Source: Mobula hypostoma | Taxonomy: Eukaryota | DNA: 64,000 nucleotides | Direction: 5' to 3' | NCBI RefSeq assembly: GCF_963921235.1 | Contig: NC_086109.1 | Span: 4,280,001 to 4,344,000, forward strand | Shown here: positions 50,986-61,055 of the stretch, in pieces | Numbering within the stretch: the stretch's first letter is position 1 | Layout: the number at the start of each line of letters is the position of its first letter | The notes under the pieces: model-generated | The model's input: only the letters and a program-made list of their open reading frames with translations | Databases searched by the model: none | What the model was told of the DNA's origin: nothing | Position numbers and translations under genes: made by a program

Positions 50986-51450
50986 GTTCAAAATTCAAAG
51001 TAAGTTTTATATATATCATCATTTTCAACCCTAAGATTCATTTTCCTGTGGGCATACTCAGTAAATCTATAGAATAATAACTATAACAGGATCAATGAAG
51101 AGTGCAGAAGACAAAAAGCTGCACAAATAGAAAAAATAAATATATAGCAATAAATAATGAAAGCATGTGATAAAGAGCATGTGATAAAGATATTGGTTGT
51201 AGGAACATCTCAATGATGGGACAAGTGAGTGTAATTTTCTCCTTTGTTCAAGGGCCTGATGGTTGAGGGGTAGTAACTGTTCTTGAACCTGGTGGTGTGA
51301 GTCCTGAGGTTTTTTTTTACCTTCTATCTGATGACAGCAGTGAGAAGAGAGCATGGCCTGGGTGGTGGGTGTCCCTGATGCTGCTTTCCTATGGCAGCAT
51401 TTCACATGCTTAATGGTTGAGAGGGCTTTGCTCGCAATGTAGTGGGTTCA
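50986..51450 (-). mobile_element. Rex1/Babar-like 3' end
   Basis: GTAGTAACTGTTCTTGAACCTGGTGGTGTGAGTCCTGAGG is shared with the other Rex1-like copies; tail is (TTGAA)-like. Confidence 0.7.
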
Positions 51451-52101
51451 AGTCCTCTCCCTTCTGTGGGGCAAAAGTGAAATATCTAAGGGGGAGCCTC
51501 ATCACTCAGAGGGTGGTGGGATTGTGGAATGAGCTGCCAGCACAAGTGGTTGGATGCAGGTTCGACTGAAAACTTGCACCTTATTTTTTTAAACTACATT
51601 TTCTCTGAGGTTGTACACTTCATTCCACGCCTTTTATCGTTTTATCTTGTCCTGCCACAACACATTGTGTAATAAGGTATCTGTATGAATGGACTGAGAG
51701 ACAAGTTTTTCACCGCATCTTGGTATTTATGACTATGTTAAACCAATACCAATACCTGAAAACTACCCTCCCCAATAACAGCACTGCTGCTCATTTTTTA
51801 TAACTTAGGAATTAACAGATTATACCTCCTACATTGATATCCATAACATTAACCTGTATAACAAATATCGATCCCTGTAGTACACTACTGATCACAGACT
51901 TCCAAGTTTAAAAATAACTCTTGAGCCTCTCTCTTCTCCTTCTGTCCTCAAACCAATTGCCCTTGAACCCATTGGCTTTAACCTGTTGGATTGTTCTCCT
52001 ACATGAGTCCTTGTCTAGGGCCACATTCATGTCATATTGCACAGATGCAAGCCCTTCAGCCCAACTGGTCTATGCTGACCAAGATCCCTCATCCAAGCTA
52101 G

Positions 52102-52655
52102 TGTCGGCCAGAAAAAAACTATAATTTACAGTGAAATTGAATGAATCAAGGACGGCGGAAGCAAACAGGCCCATTATATTTTTTCTTGCCACGAGGTCGA
52201 AGGAATGGAGGCTGCCATTTTGTGGAGCTGCTCTGTAACCTCTATTTTGTGAACTGCTTGAGAACTGATTCTTGCTCTGGGATAATCTAATTGGAACAAT
52301 TGAATGTGGACACAAGGAGCTTTTACTATCGACCTGCTAAACCTGAAACCATTCTCAGATAAGCTATGTATTGTGTACAATGACAGGTTTGCAGAGGTAA
52401 TCTCATTATCTTGGTCCAGTACCTGAGTGACCTGGTTTAAACCTGAGTCGAAGAGAACCAAAATAGTCACCCGGGCATTACCTTTTCCATTCTTGGACTA
52501 TTCAGGAGAATCAGGAAAACCTAGTGGATATGCACGCAGATGCCGAGTGTATGAGTTCACCTGCTTGTTAGTTTAGACAATAAAGGTACTTGTTGGTGAT
52601 CACAGATTCCTTCTGTGCGCTCTGATCATCATGATTAGGAGTGATCCTTGCAACA
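52102..52655 (+). mobile_element. Probable solo LTR (554 bp)
   Basis: CTAG|TGTCG...CAACA|ATAG gives a 4-bp TSD with 1 mismatch. AATAAA lies at ~52579. It splits a CR1-type tail. Confidence 0.6.
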
Positions 52656-52696
52656 ATAGTCACATTCACTAGTATTAGACCCATATCACTCCAAAC

Positions 52697-52758
52697 CAGG
52701 GGTTCCCAACCAATACCATTAACCGAGGGGTCTATGAACTCCAGGTTGGGAAACCCTG
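52697..52758. mobile_element. 62-bp hAT-type MITE
   Basis: TIRs CAGGGGTTCCCAACC / GGTTGGGAAACCCTG; imperfect 8-bp TSD CTCCAAAC/CTCTAACC. Confidence 0.75.
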
Positions 52759-52875
52759 CTCTAACCCTTTCCAATCCATGTACCCATCCAACCGTCTTTT
52801 AAAAGTGGTTATTGTACCTGCCTTAACCACTTCCTCTGGCAGGTGATTCCAGATAAATACCACCCTTTGTGTGAA

Positions 52876-53670
52876 GTTCAAAGTGAATTTATTATCAAAG
52901 TATATATGCCACCATGTACAACCCTGAGATTCATTTTCTTGTGGGCATACTCATTAAATCTATAGAATAACAACTATTACAGAATCAATGAAAGATAGCC
53001 CAACAATGCTGTTCAACCAGAGTTTCAACTGTGCAAACGCAAAAGAAGAAATAATAATAATATATAAATAGGTAATAAATATTGCAAACATCAGATGAAG
53101 AGCCCTAAAAAGTGAGTCCATAGTTTGTGGGAACCTCCGCTGCCTTGCGGCCAGACCCACCCATGGGAAAGGCTTGGGGAGTAAACCCCAAGGAAGAAAT
53201 CCGGAGCCAGGGTCCCTAAGGTAGTTTGATGTTGTTTACAACTTCACTCCGGCAACCTCTGCGACGACACTGGTGCCAAGCTGTATCGGTGCTTTCCCTT
53301 CCCTTGGACTACATCAGTGATGTGGAGAGGGGGATCCTGCTGCACGGGCAAAAGCCGGTTCTTCAAATCTTCCTGCCCAGGCTTGTGTCCTGGAGAGGAC
53401 ACAGTCTACCCGAGACGCGAACCCATGATCCCCCAGCATCAAAGGCTGCCTACATACAGTTTGTGGGAACATTTCAATGATGGGGCAAGTGAAGTAGAGT
53501 GAAGTTATCCGCTCTGGTTCAACAACCTTTTTGAATGAGGTGTAATAAATGTTCCTGAACCTGGTGGTGTGAGTCCTGAGGCTCCCATACCTTCTTCTGA
53601 AGGCAGCAGCAAGAAAAGAGTACAACCTGGGTGGTGTGTGTCTCTGATAAATGATGCTGCTTTCCTTTCA
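52876..53670 (-). mobile_element. Rex1/Babar-like 3' end interrupted by a short retroposon
   Basis: Translation RRRYGSLRTHTTRFRNIYY. Confidence 0.75.
53135..53457 (+). mobile_element. Short retroposon of unassigned family, 13-bp TSD
   Basis: AGTTTGTGGGAAC at 53122-53134 and 53458-53470; TACATAC tail. Confidence 0.8.
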
Positions 53671-54399
53671 AAAAGCTGCCTCTCAAGTTCCTGCTCACCT
53701 TCAGCCCTATAAGTCCATGTAGAGTACCAACACAGTTTGCCACTTCCTGAAAAATTCAGTCAAATTGTTCACACAGGACCTCCTCTTAACAAAGTCATGC
53801 TGACTGCCTTTGATCAGTCCCTGCCTCTCCAATCATCCTTTCCCTCAGTCTGTTCCCAATAATGCAACAACTGATGATGGACACAGCATCGTACATCTCC
53901 CTGGCTTCTCCCTACTGCCCTACAGACATAGTTTCTCCAATGTGGAGGGAGCACAAAAGGCAGTCATCCCACCACAGGAATCAGTGTACTTCCTGGGGGG
54001 ACGGTCTGGGTCCTTGGAAGGTGGAAAGAGAAGAGGTAAAAGGGTGGCATTGTTTAAGATGCATTTGGATCAGCATGTGAATAGACGGGTAAAGAATGGG
54101 TGCAGACAATGGTCGGCACAGCTGTGGTGGGCAGTAAAGCCTGTTCCAGGATTGTACCAGGTATTGCATAGGAACAGAGTCATGGAGTCACACTTCAGGG
54201 AACCAGGTGCTTTGGCCCTATGGGCTCATGCGGATCAGGATTCCCATCCACGCTAGTCCGTCTAAATGAGGGGTTCCCAACCGGGGTCCACAGACACTTT
54301 GCTCAATGGTATTGGTCCTTGGCATAAAAAAGGTTAAAGCAACACTTTCAGTACACTGGATGAACTCAGCAGGTCGGGCAGCATCAGTCAGAAACGATG

Positions 54400-54435
54400 A
54401 GTCGACGTTTCGGGCCGGAACCCTTCGTCAGGACT
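54400..54435 (-). ncRNA. Minimal hammerhead ribozyme motif, intact core
   Basis: Reverse complement agtc-CTGACGA-agggttccggccc-GAAAC-GTC-gact. Confidence 0.78.
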
Positions 54436-54621
54436 GAAGAATGAAAGATGGGGAAGGATTTGAAGAATGCTTGTAGCGTCATTTGAAAGACCAGTAATTT
54501 GAAAGACAAAGGGGTGAGGGAGGGGAAGCATTGATGTCATAGCCCTGGAAACAATGAGTAGTAGAAAAAGGAGGCAGAAACTACAAGCATTATTCAAATC
54601 CTTCCCCATCTTTCATTCTTC

Positions 54622-54657
54622 AGTCCTGACGAAGGTTTCCGGCCCGAAACGTCGACT
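54622..54657 (+). ncRNA. Minimal hammerhead ribozyme motif, core intact, stem II mismatch
   Basis: agtc-CTGACGA-aggtttccggccc-GAAAC-GTC-gact. Confidence 0.7.
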
Positions 54658-55014
54658 CATCATTTCTGACTGATGCTGCCCGACCTGCTGAGTTCATCCA
54701 GCGTACTGAAAGTGTTGCTTTGATCTTTTACAGCATCTGCAGATTATTTTGTGTTTATAAAAAAAGTTGGAAACCCTTGCTCTAAATCTTTGCCTATCCA
54801 TGTACCTGTCCAAATCAAATGGCTTTTTAAATGTACCTGTTTCAACTCTTCCACTAGCAGCTCATTCCATATACCCACCATGTTCTGTGTGAAACAGTTA
54901 CCTGTAAGAATCCTACGCCTTAAACCCTCAGTGCCCCTCATGATTTTATACACCTCTATAACATCACACCTCAATCTCCAACAATGAATAAAGTTCCAAC
55001 CTGTTCAACCGCCT

Positions 55015-55557
55015 TCCATTTGGAGTATTGTGAGCAGTTTTGGGCCCTTTATCTAAGAAAGGGTGTGCTCACATTGGAGATGGTTCATAGGAAGTTCACA
55101 GAAATGATTCTCGGATTGAAAGACTTGTCATATGAAAAGTGTTCGATGACTCTGGGCCTCAACTCACTAGGATTCAGAAGAATGAGGAGTGACCTCATCG
55201 AACCTATCGAATGTTGAAAGGCCTTATAGAGTGGATGTGGAGAGAGTGTTTCCAATAGTGGGGTAGTCTAAGACTAGAGGACACAGCCTCAGAATAGAGG
55301 TGCATCCGTTTAGAATGAAGATGAAGAGGAATTTATTTAGCCAGAGAGTGGTGAATCTGTGTAATTCATTGCCACAGATGGCTGTGGAGGCTGTCATGGG
55401 GTGTATTTAAGACAAAGGTTGATAGATTCTTCATAGCATGAAGGGAGAAGGCTTGAGATTGGGCTGAGAGGGAAAATGGATCAGCCATGATGAAATGGCA
55501 GAGAGGATTCGATGGGTCAGATTCTGCTCCTATATCTTATGGTGTTATGGTCTTATA
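55015..55557 (+). mobile_element. CR1 3' fragment
   Basis: Translation HLEYCEQFWA.YLRK; tail CTTATGGTGTTATGGTCTTAT. Confidence 0.88.
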
Positions 55558-55879
55558 GCTCAGTGCTAGCAACACCCTCATATATCTTCTCTGCATTCTT
55601 TCCAGTTTAAAGACCTCTTTCCTATAGGAAGGTGACTAAAACTGAACCCAGTATTCCAAATGAGGCCTCACTAATGTGACGAGGAAACGAGACTCTGTGG
55701 TCGGTGAAGTGAGCAGATCCATCTGGAACGGGGAAAGGAGAGGTTGTTAGTGGTACAGATGCCAAAATCTCTGGAGGATGGCCTGTTGAGTGTGGAGGCT
55801 GGGACATCTTATCCTTATTCCAAAAGGGAGAAGAAGGCTTGACAGCTGACTTGTTTGAGTGCTCGGTCAAACCCTAGTT

Positions 55880-56230
55880 CAAAGCGGCAGCGTGGATACA
55901 TCTCTACCAAAGGCACTCCCTCCATCCACTCGCCTGCAGGTCACCCTTGGGCAAGGTGTAGCACCTGCTTAGCCCCCCGATCAGGGTCACGTGAAGCCAT
56001 GGGAACAGGTGGTGGATGGTCGTACGAGCAGCTGGTGTATATCACAAGTCCTGGTTATGTGACCACTGACACCAGGCAGACAATCTCTGAAGAGTATTGA
56101 TAATGGCTGGGGTCATCCGTCTTGTAAAGACACTGCCCAGAAGAAGGCAATGGCAAACCACTTCTGTAGAAACATTTGCCAAAAGCAATTATGGTCACCA
56201 TGATCACCCATGTTATACAACCAAGCACCC
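55880..56230 (+). mobile_element. RTE/BovB-related SINE-like element
   Basis: GAAGAAGGCAATGGCAAACCACTTCTGTA..TTGCCAA resembles the BovB/BovA-type terminal motif (from recall). Confidence 0.55.
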
Positions 56231-57529
56231 ATATGGCACGCTGTGATTCTTTTTTTTTCAGATGTTCTCAGTAAATCCTAGAACCATGATAGAATCAATG
56301 AAAAATTGTACCCAATTGTACCCTACAGGGCAGACAAACAATAAATGTGCAAAAGACAACAAGCTGTGCAACTACAAACAAGCAAAATAATGATAATAAA
56401 CAAATAAATAATAAATATTGATGACATGAGATGACAAATCCTTGAAAGTGAGTCGATAAGTTGTGGGAACAGTTCAGAGATGGGATACTGAAGTTGAGTG
56501 AATGAAAAAAGAGGGAACAATGAAAGCAACTTGGAAAGCCTTGTAGGGGGATCAGTGTATCAGCTGAGGAAATCCATCAGCGTGTAACAGGTTGCAGAGT
56601 CCGGGTATGGCTGCTGCCGGTGAGGGGGACAAACTGCCAGCCACAGTCACCAAGATGGTGAAGGAATGATTTGGGAAGAAGAGAATGTGCTGGAGAGAAG
56701 CATGCTTTAGTGGGAATCGGAAAGTCCTACCCTGGAAACTCACTACGCAACTTGTAATTAATCAAAGCTCGTACTTTATTGTCTCTGCACAAACAACAAC
56801 ATAATTATGTTGACCCTGGGCCAACAACTTAGAACATAAGTTCCACTGTTCTCTCTGTACCAATACTCACTCAGACCATTTTCCCAATTTATAACACTGA
56901 AATAGGGGATCACTGTTGGCCAGACAATATAATCAATCCTTCTTCTCCCAGCCCCTGGTATTGGGGTTCTTCCTTGCAATGGTGAATCTCTGGTTATAGC
57001 TAACTTGTATTCAAAACACTTGTATTCATTCCTTACCAGTTCAAATGTTGCATATGTGTTATTGGCTATGGGTCATCTGACTGACCTTTAACACCTTATT
57101 GGCTCAAGTCCAAGCCAGCATCCACTTATTCCCCTTCTACCGCAAGTGACAACTGGTAATTTATGGCTCTTTGTTTTAAAACAGTTACCAAACCAGCAAT
57201 CAGCTGAATCTCTCAGGGCAGACACAGACCCCAACATTCACAAACTTGCACGTTATACCTAACCAAAGAACACCTCACAAATAACCTCTTATTTGGAAAT
57301 GATCTCTAGTCCAGAGGATTACCTGGAACACCATTGTGTCTACTTTAAAACCCTGAAAGCTAAGCAACCCCGGTTCACAAAATGGAGGATTCAGAGCAGC
57401 TTCACAAAATGGCAGTCTCCATTCCTTCAACCTCATGGCAAGAACAAACACAATTGGTTTGACTGCTTCCATTGTCATTGACTCATTCAAGTTTGACGTT
57501 TTCTTCCATATTTTAATTACTCCATGGCC

Positions 57530-57975
57530 AACACGAGTAATTTCTCCCTGCTCCCACCTCCCTTTTTAATTCTCCATTCTTGTTCCCCTCCTAGACTTCT
57601 GCACACCTGCTCATCACCTCCCTCTGGTGCTCATCTTCTTTCCATTTTTCCCATGGTCCACTCTCCTCTCCTATTAGATCTCTTCTTTTTCAGCCCTTTA
57701 CCCCTTCCACCTATCACCTCATAGCTTCTCACTTCATCCCGCTTCCCCAACCCCTACCTGGCTTCACCAATCACCTGCCAGCTTGTACTCCTTTCCCTCC
57801 TCCAACCTTCTCATTCTGGCTTCTGCCCCGCCTCCTTTCCAGTCCTGATGAAGGGTCTCAGCCTGAAACGTCAGCAGTTTATTCCTCTCCGTGGATGGTG
57901 CCTGACCTGCTGTGTTCCTCCATCAATTTTTGAGTGTTGCTCAAAATTTCTAACATCTGCAGAATCTCCTGTGCT
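57530..57975 (+). mobile_element. Penelope pLTR with hammerhead motif (57840-57877)
   Basis: cagtc-CTGATGA-agggtctcagcct-GAAAC-GTC; pyrimidine-rich body like 49430-49770. Confidence 0.78.
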
Positions 57976-58027
57976 TATGATCATACAGACTGACCCTTTT
58001 CCCCAATATTTTCTGTGTTATTTTCAG

Positions 58028-58113
58028 GTACTTATTAAATGGAAGTCCTGTACTGAAATGTTCTGATAAAGGCTGGATTGGTGACCGGGGTCGGAAGAAA
58101 CCTCAGTGCATTG
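58028..58113 (+). CDS. Exon: C-terminal half of the sushi/CCP domain, (G)YLLNGSPVLKCSDKGWIGDRGRKKPQCI
   Basis: Acceptor TGTTATTTTCAG| and donor G|GTAAGT; 86 bp, phase 2 to 1; GY.L.G....C....W......P.C pattern; in frame with the 45364 exon. Confidence 0.92.
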
Positions 58114-58348
58114 GTAAGTCCTCATTTCAAAGCTTTGATGGTGGACCAGTCTGGTGGTCCTATAGTTAGATCCTACCTCACCTCTGTACTGCTCTGCACC
58201 AGCTTTCCAGGTCCTTGGGAGTAACAGTTTCCTGTTGGTCACTCAGATACAATTAATCCAGGAACAGCGTGAAATGTGGTCAAAAGCTCCCTCTCTCTTG
58301 GTTAACCAAATCCAGTTCTTCATAATTACGTGTTTATCTTTTCTGGAA

Positions 58349-59217
58349 ACAGAAATAGATAGATAGATAGATATACTTTATTGATCCCGAGGGAAATTGG
58401 GTTTTGTTACAGCCGCACCAACCAAGAATAGAGCATAAATATAGCAATACAAAAACCACAAACAATCAAACAACAGAAATGCAAACTATGCCAGATGGAA
58501 AATAAGTCCAAGACCAGCCTATTGGCTCAGGGTGTCTGATCCTCCACGGGAGAAGCTGCAAGTTCGATGGCCACAGGCAGGAACGACCTCCCGTGCCGCC
58601 CAGTGTTGTATCTCGGTGGAATATGGCGAAGTCCAACTGCAAAAAGGTCAATATCCGGTCTACAAACACGTTCCTCGATCGTAATATGACCCGGATTGCA
58701 CCACCTGTTGTTAACCAGAACAGTAAGCACCCAGCTCCTTTACGCTTACCGCTCTCAATGCACTTCCGGTCAGCCCGAACGGTCTGGAAGCCGTCCATGG
58801 AGAAGTTTTGATCGGGTATGTCCTCATGCAGCCCCGTTCCAGTGAAACACATAACACTGCGCTCCCGAAATGTTCTCTGATGCCTGGCTAGCGCCGTGAA
58901 CTTGTCCATTTTATTACCCACTGAACTCCTCTTCTCCATAAGTCTCCGTTGTCTCGACCAGGTCCTCTCTCCTCGACTTTGTGATCCCCCTCTGCATCCT
59001 CTGTGTGTTTTCCTCCAGATTTCAGCAGGGGTGTCCGTTGCTCTGCTCGCTAAACCGGCTGGCATAAGCGCAATCAGTTGGTCCCTGGAATACACAATGC
59101 TACCATGCTTCTGTCCCGCCAATGAGACTTATGGGGATAAGTTCATCTGCAGCCATAATAATCTTAGTCTAGTCAGTGGTGAAAAAGTGTACAGAACTCA
59201 GCAAACTGGAACACACG
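58349..59217 (-). mobile_element. Internally deleted Rex1/Babar- or RTEX-like element: APE N-terminus fused to the 3' end, (TATC)n tail
   Basis: Translation S.GNKMD..MCFT.T.L..DGFQTVRADR..SGKRKG..VNNRWC..AVGLR is joined to PPR.NT.RH.RSFLPVAI. Candidate TSD TCTGGAA lies at 58342 and 59218. Confidence 0.75.
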
Positions 59218-59769
59218 TCTGGAATTATGTACAGTCCATACAATCAGACTATGTAAATAAGATAATCTTCTGTACATACAGCGACACTCAAGTAGTTACG
59301 CGTACACAGTCTTTTAAAGGACTGCTTTTATATTTATATTTATCGTGTTTTTATTATGTTTGTTGTGTTTTTTACTGCTGCCTCAGATGCAGAGTAATAA
59401 TTATTTTGTTCTCCTTTACTCTCATGCACTGAAGAATGACTCTCAACAATTATGAATATTGAATTTCTGCTGGTAGCATGTGACCTGGTCTGGCAGATCA
59501 CGCATGTCCTGACCAGGAGTCTACATAGGACTATCAGATCATCAGATATAGGAGCAGGATTAGGCCATTCGGCCCATCAAGTCTGCTGTGCCATTTCGTC
59601 ATGGCTGAGTCCCTATGTGTGTGTGAGAGAGAGAGAGAGACTAAATGTGCAAATGATTATTATGCAATGCAATTTAAATGAAATTGTTACCTGTAGCAAC
59701 ATGCACACATTCCCATTTGTGTTAGAATTTAGAACCAGACGGGACAAGATTATTTTTTTCTCTGCATTT

Positions 59770-59995
59770 AAAGATACAACACAATTACAGGCCTGTCTGG
59801 TCCTTTGGGCCCACACTGCCATGTGCCCAGAAAACTACAAATCTGTAGGTCTTTGAAATGAGGGAGGAAACCAGAGCACCTGGAGGAAACACAGGGAGAA
59901 TGTGCAAACTCTTTATAGAAAAGGGTGGGTATTGAACCCCGGTCATTGGCACTGTAATTGTCTTTCACTGACACCACTCTACCACGCTGCCCCAG
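59770..59995 (-). mobile_element. V-SINE
   Basis: Reverse V-domain GGGAGGAAACCAGAGCACCTGGAGGAAAC..GGGAGAATGTGCAAACTC. Confidence 0.75.
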
Positions 59996-60245
59996 TGCCC
60001 TTTTCTGGGATGTCAGACAGATACAAACAGCCCTCAGTTGGAGATACAGTTATCTTAAACTCCATGGGCAAAACAAAACAAGAAGGCAAAATAAAACAGG
60101 GGCAGTTGAGGATTATCGCCTCTGGAATGCTGTTACATCCTAACCAGCCTGCAGCATTACCGGTAGAAGCTTAGCTGGGACTTGTGCACAGACAGAAACA
60201 GGAGGTGCAAAGGGATGTAGGAGTCCTTGTGCACGATTCCCAAAA

Positions 60246-60324
60246 AGGGGTGCCCAACCATTTTTATGTTGTGGACCCCTACAATTAACTGAGGGGTCTG
60301 TGAACCCCAGGTTGGGAAACACTG
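60246..60324. mobile_element. hAT-type MITE inside a + strand CR1 fragment (60205-60490)
   Basis: AGGGGTGCCCAACC...GGTTGGGAAACACTG interrupts the GATTCCCTAAAGG of CR1. Confidence 0.7.
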
Positions 60325-61055
60325 CCCTAAAGGTTAACTTGCATGTTGAGTCAGTAGTGAGGAAAGCAAAAGCATTGTTTGCATTTATATCCAGAGAACT
60401 AAACCTTAAAAGCAAGGATGTAATGCAGAGCCTTTATAAGCCATTGGTCAGTCTGGATATGGAGTATTGCGTGGAATGTTGGGCCCTGTACAAGACCATA
60501 AGATATAGGAGCAGAATTAGACCATTTGGTGCATCCAGTCTGCTCCATCATTTCATCATGGCAAATCCATTTTTTTCTCTCAGCTCCAGTCTCATGCCTC
60601 CCGCACCCCCCCCCCACACCCCGTATCCCTCCATGCCCTGACCAATCAAGAAAATATCAACCTCTGCCTTAAATATACCTAAAGACTTTGCTTCCAAAGT
60701 GGCCTGTGGCAATAAATTCCACATATTCAGCACTCACTGGCTAAACAAATTCCTCCTCATCTCTGTTCTAAAAGGACACCCCTCTATTCTGAGGCTGTCG
60801 TCTGGTCCTAGCCTCACCCACCACAGGAAACATCCTCTCCACATCCACTCTATCAAGGCCTTTTACCATTCGATAGGTTTTTATGACATCACCCCTCATT
60901 CTTCTGAATTCTAGTGAGTACAGTCCCAGAGCCATCAAATGCTGTTCATATGACAAGCCATTCAATCCTGGAACCATTTTCAGGAACTTCCTTTGAACCC
61001 TCTCAGTTTCAGCACATCCTTTCTAAGATAAAGGGCCCAAAACTGCTCACAATAC

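Larger units (their letters stand above)
54336..54756. mobile_element. Inverted Penelope pLTR pair (141-bp arms), 12-bp TSD
   Basis: 54336-54476 is the reverse complement of 54581-54721 with ~4 mismatches. Flanks are ATAAAAAAGGTT and ATAAAAAAAGTT. Confidence 0.92.
54268..54779. mobile_element. hAT-type MITE split by a Penelope palindrome
   Basis: GTCTAAAT|GAGGGGTTCCCAACC...AGTTGGAAACCCTTG|CTCTAAAT. Confidence 0.8.

Noticed and set aside
56750..57260. Fourth solo LTR
   Set aside because: It has a TGTAA start and a minus-strand AATAAA, but I found no matching ..CA end or TSD.
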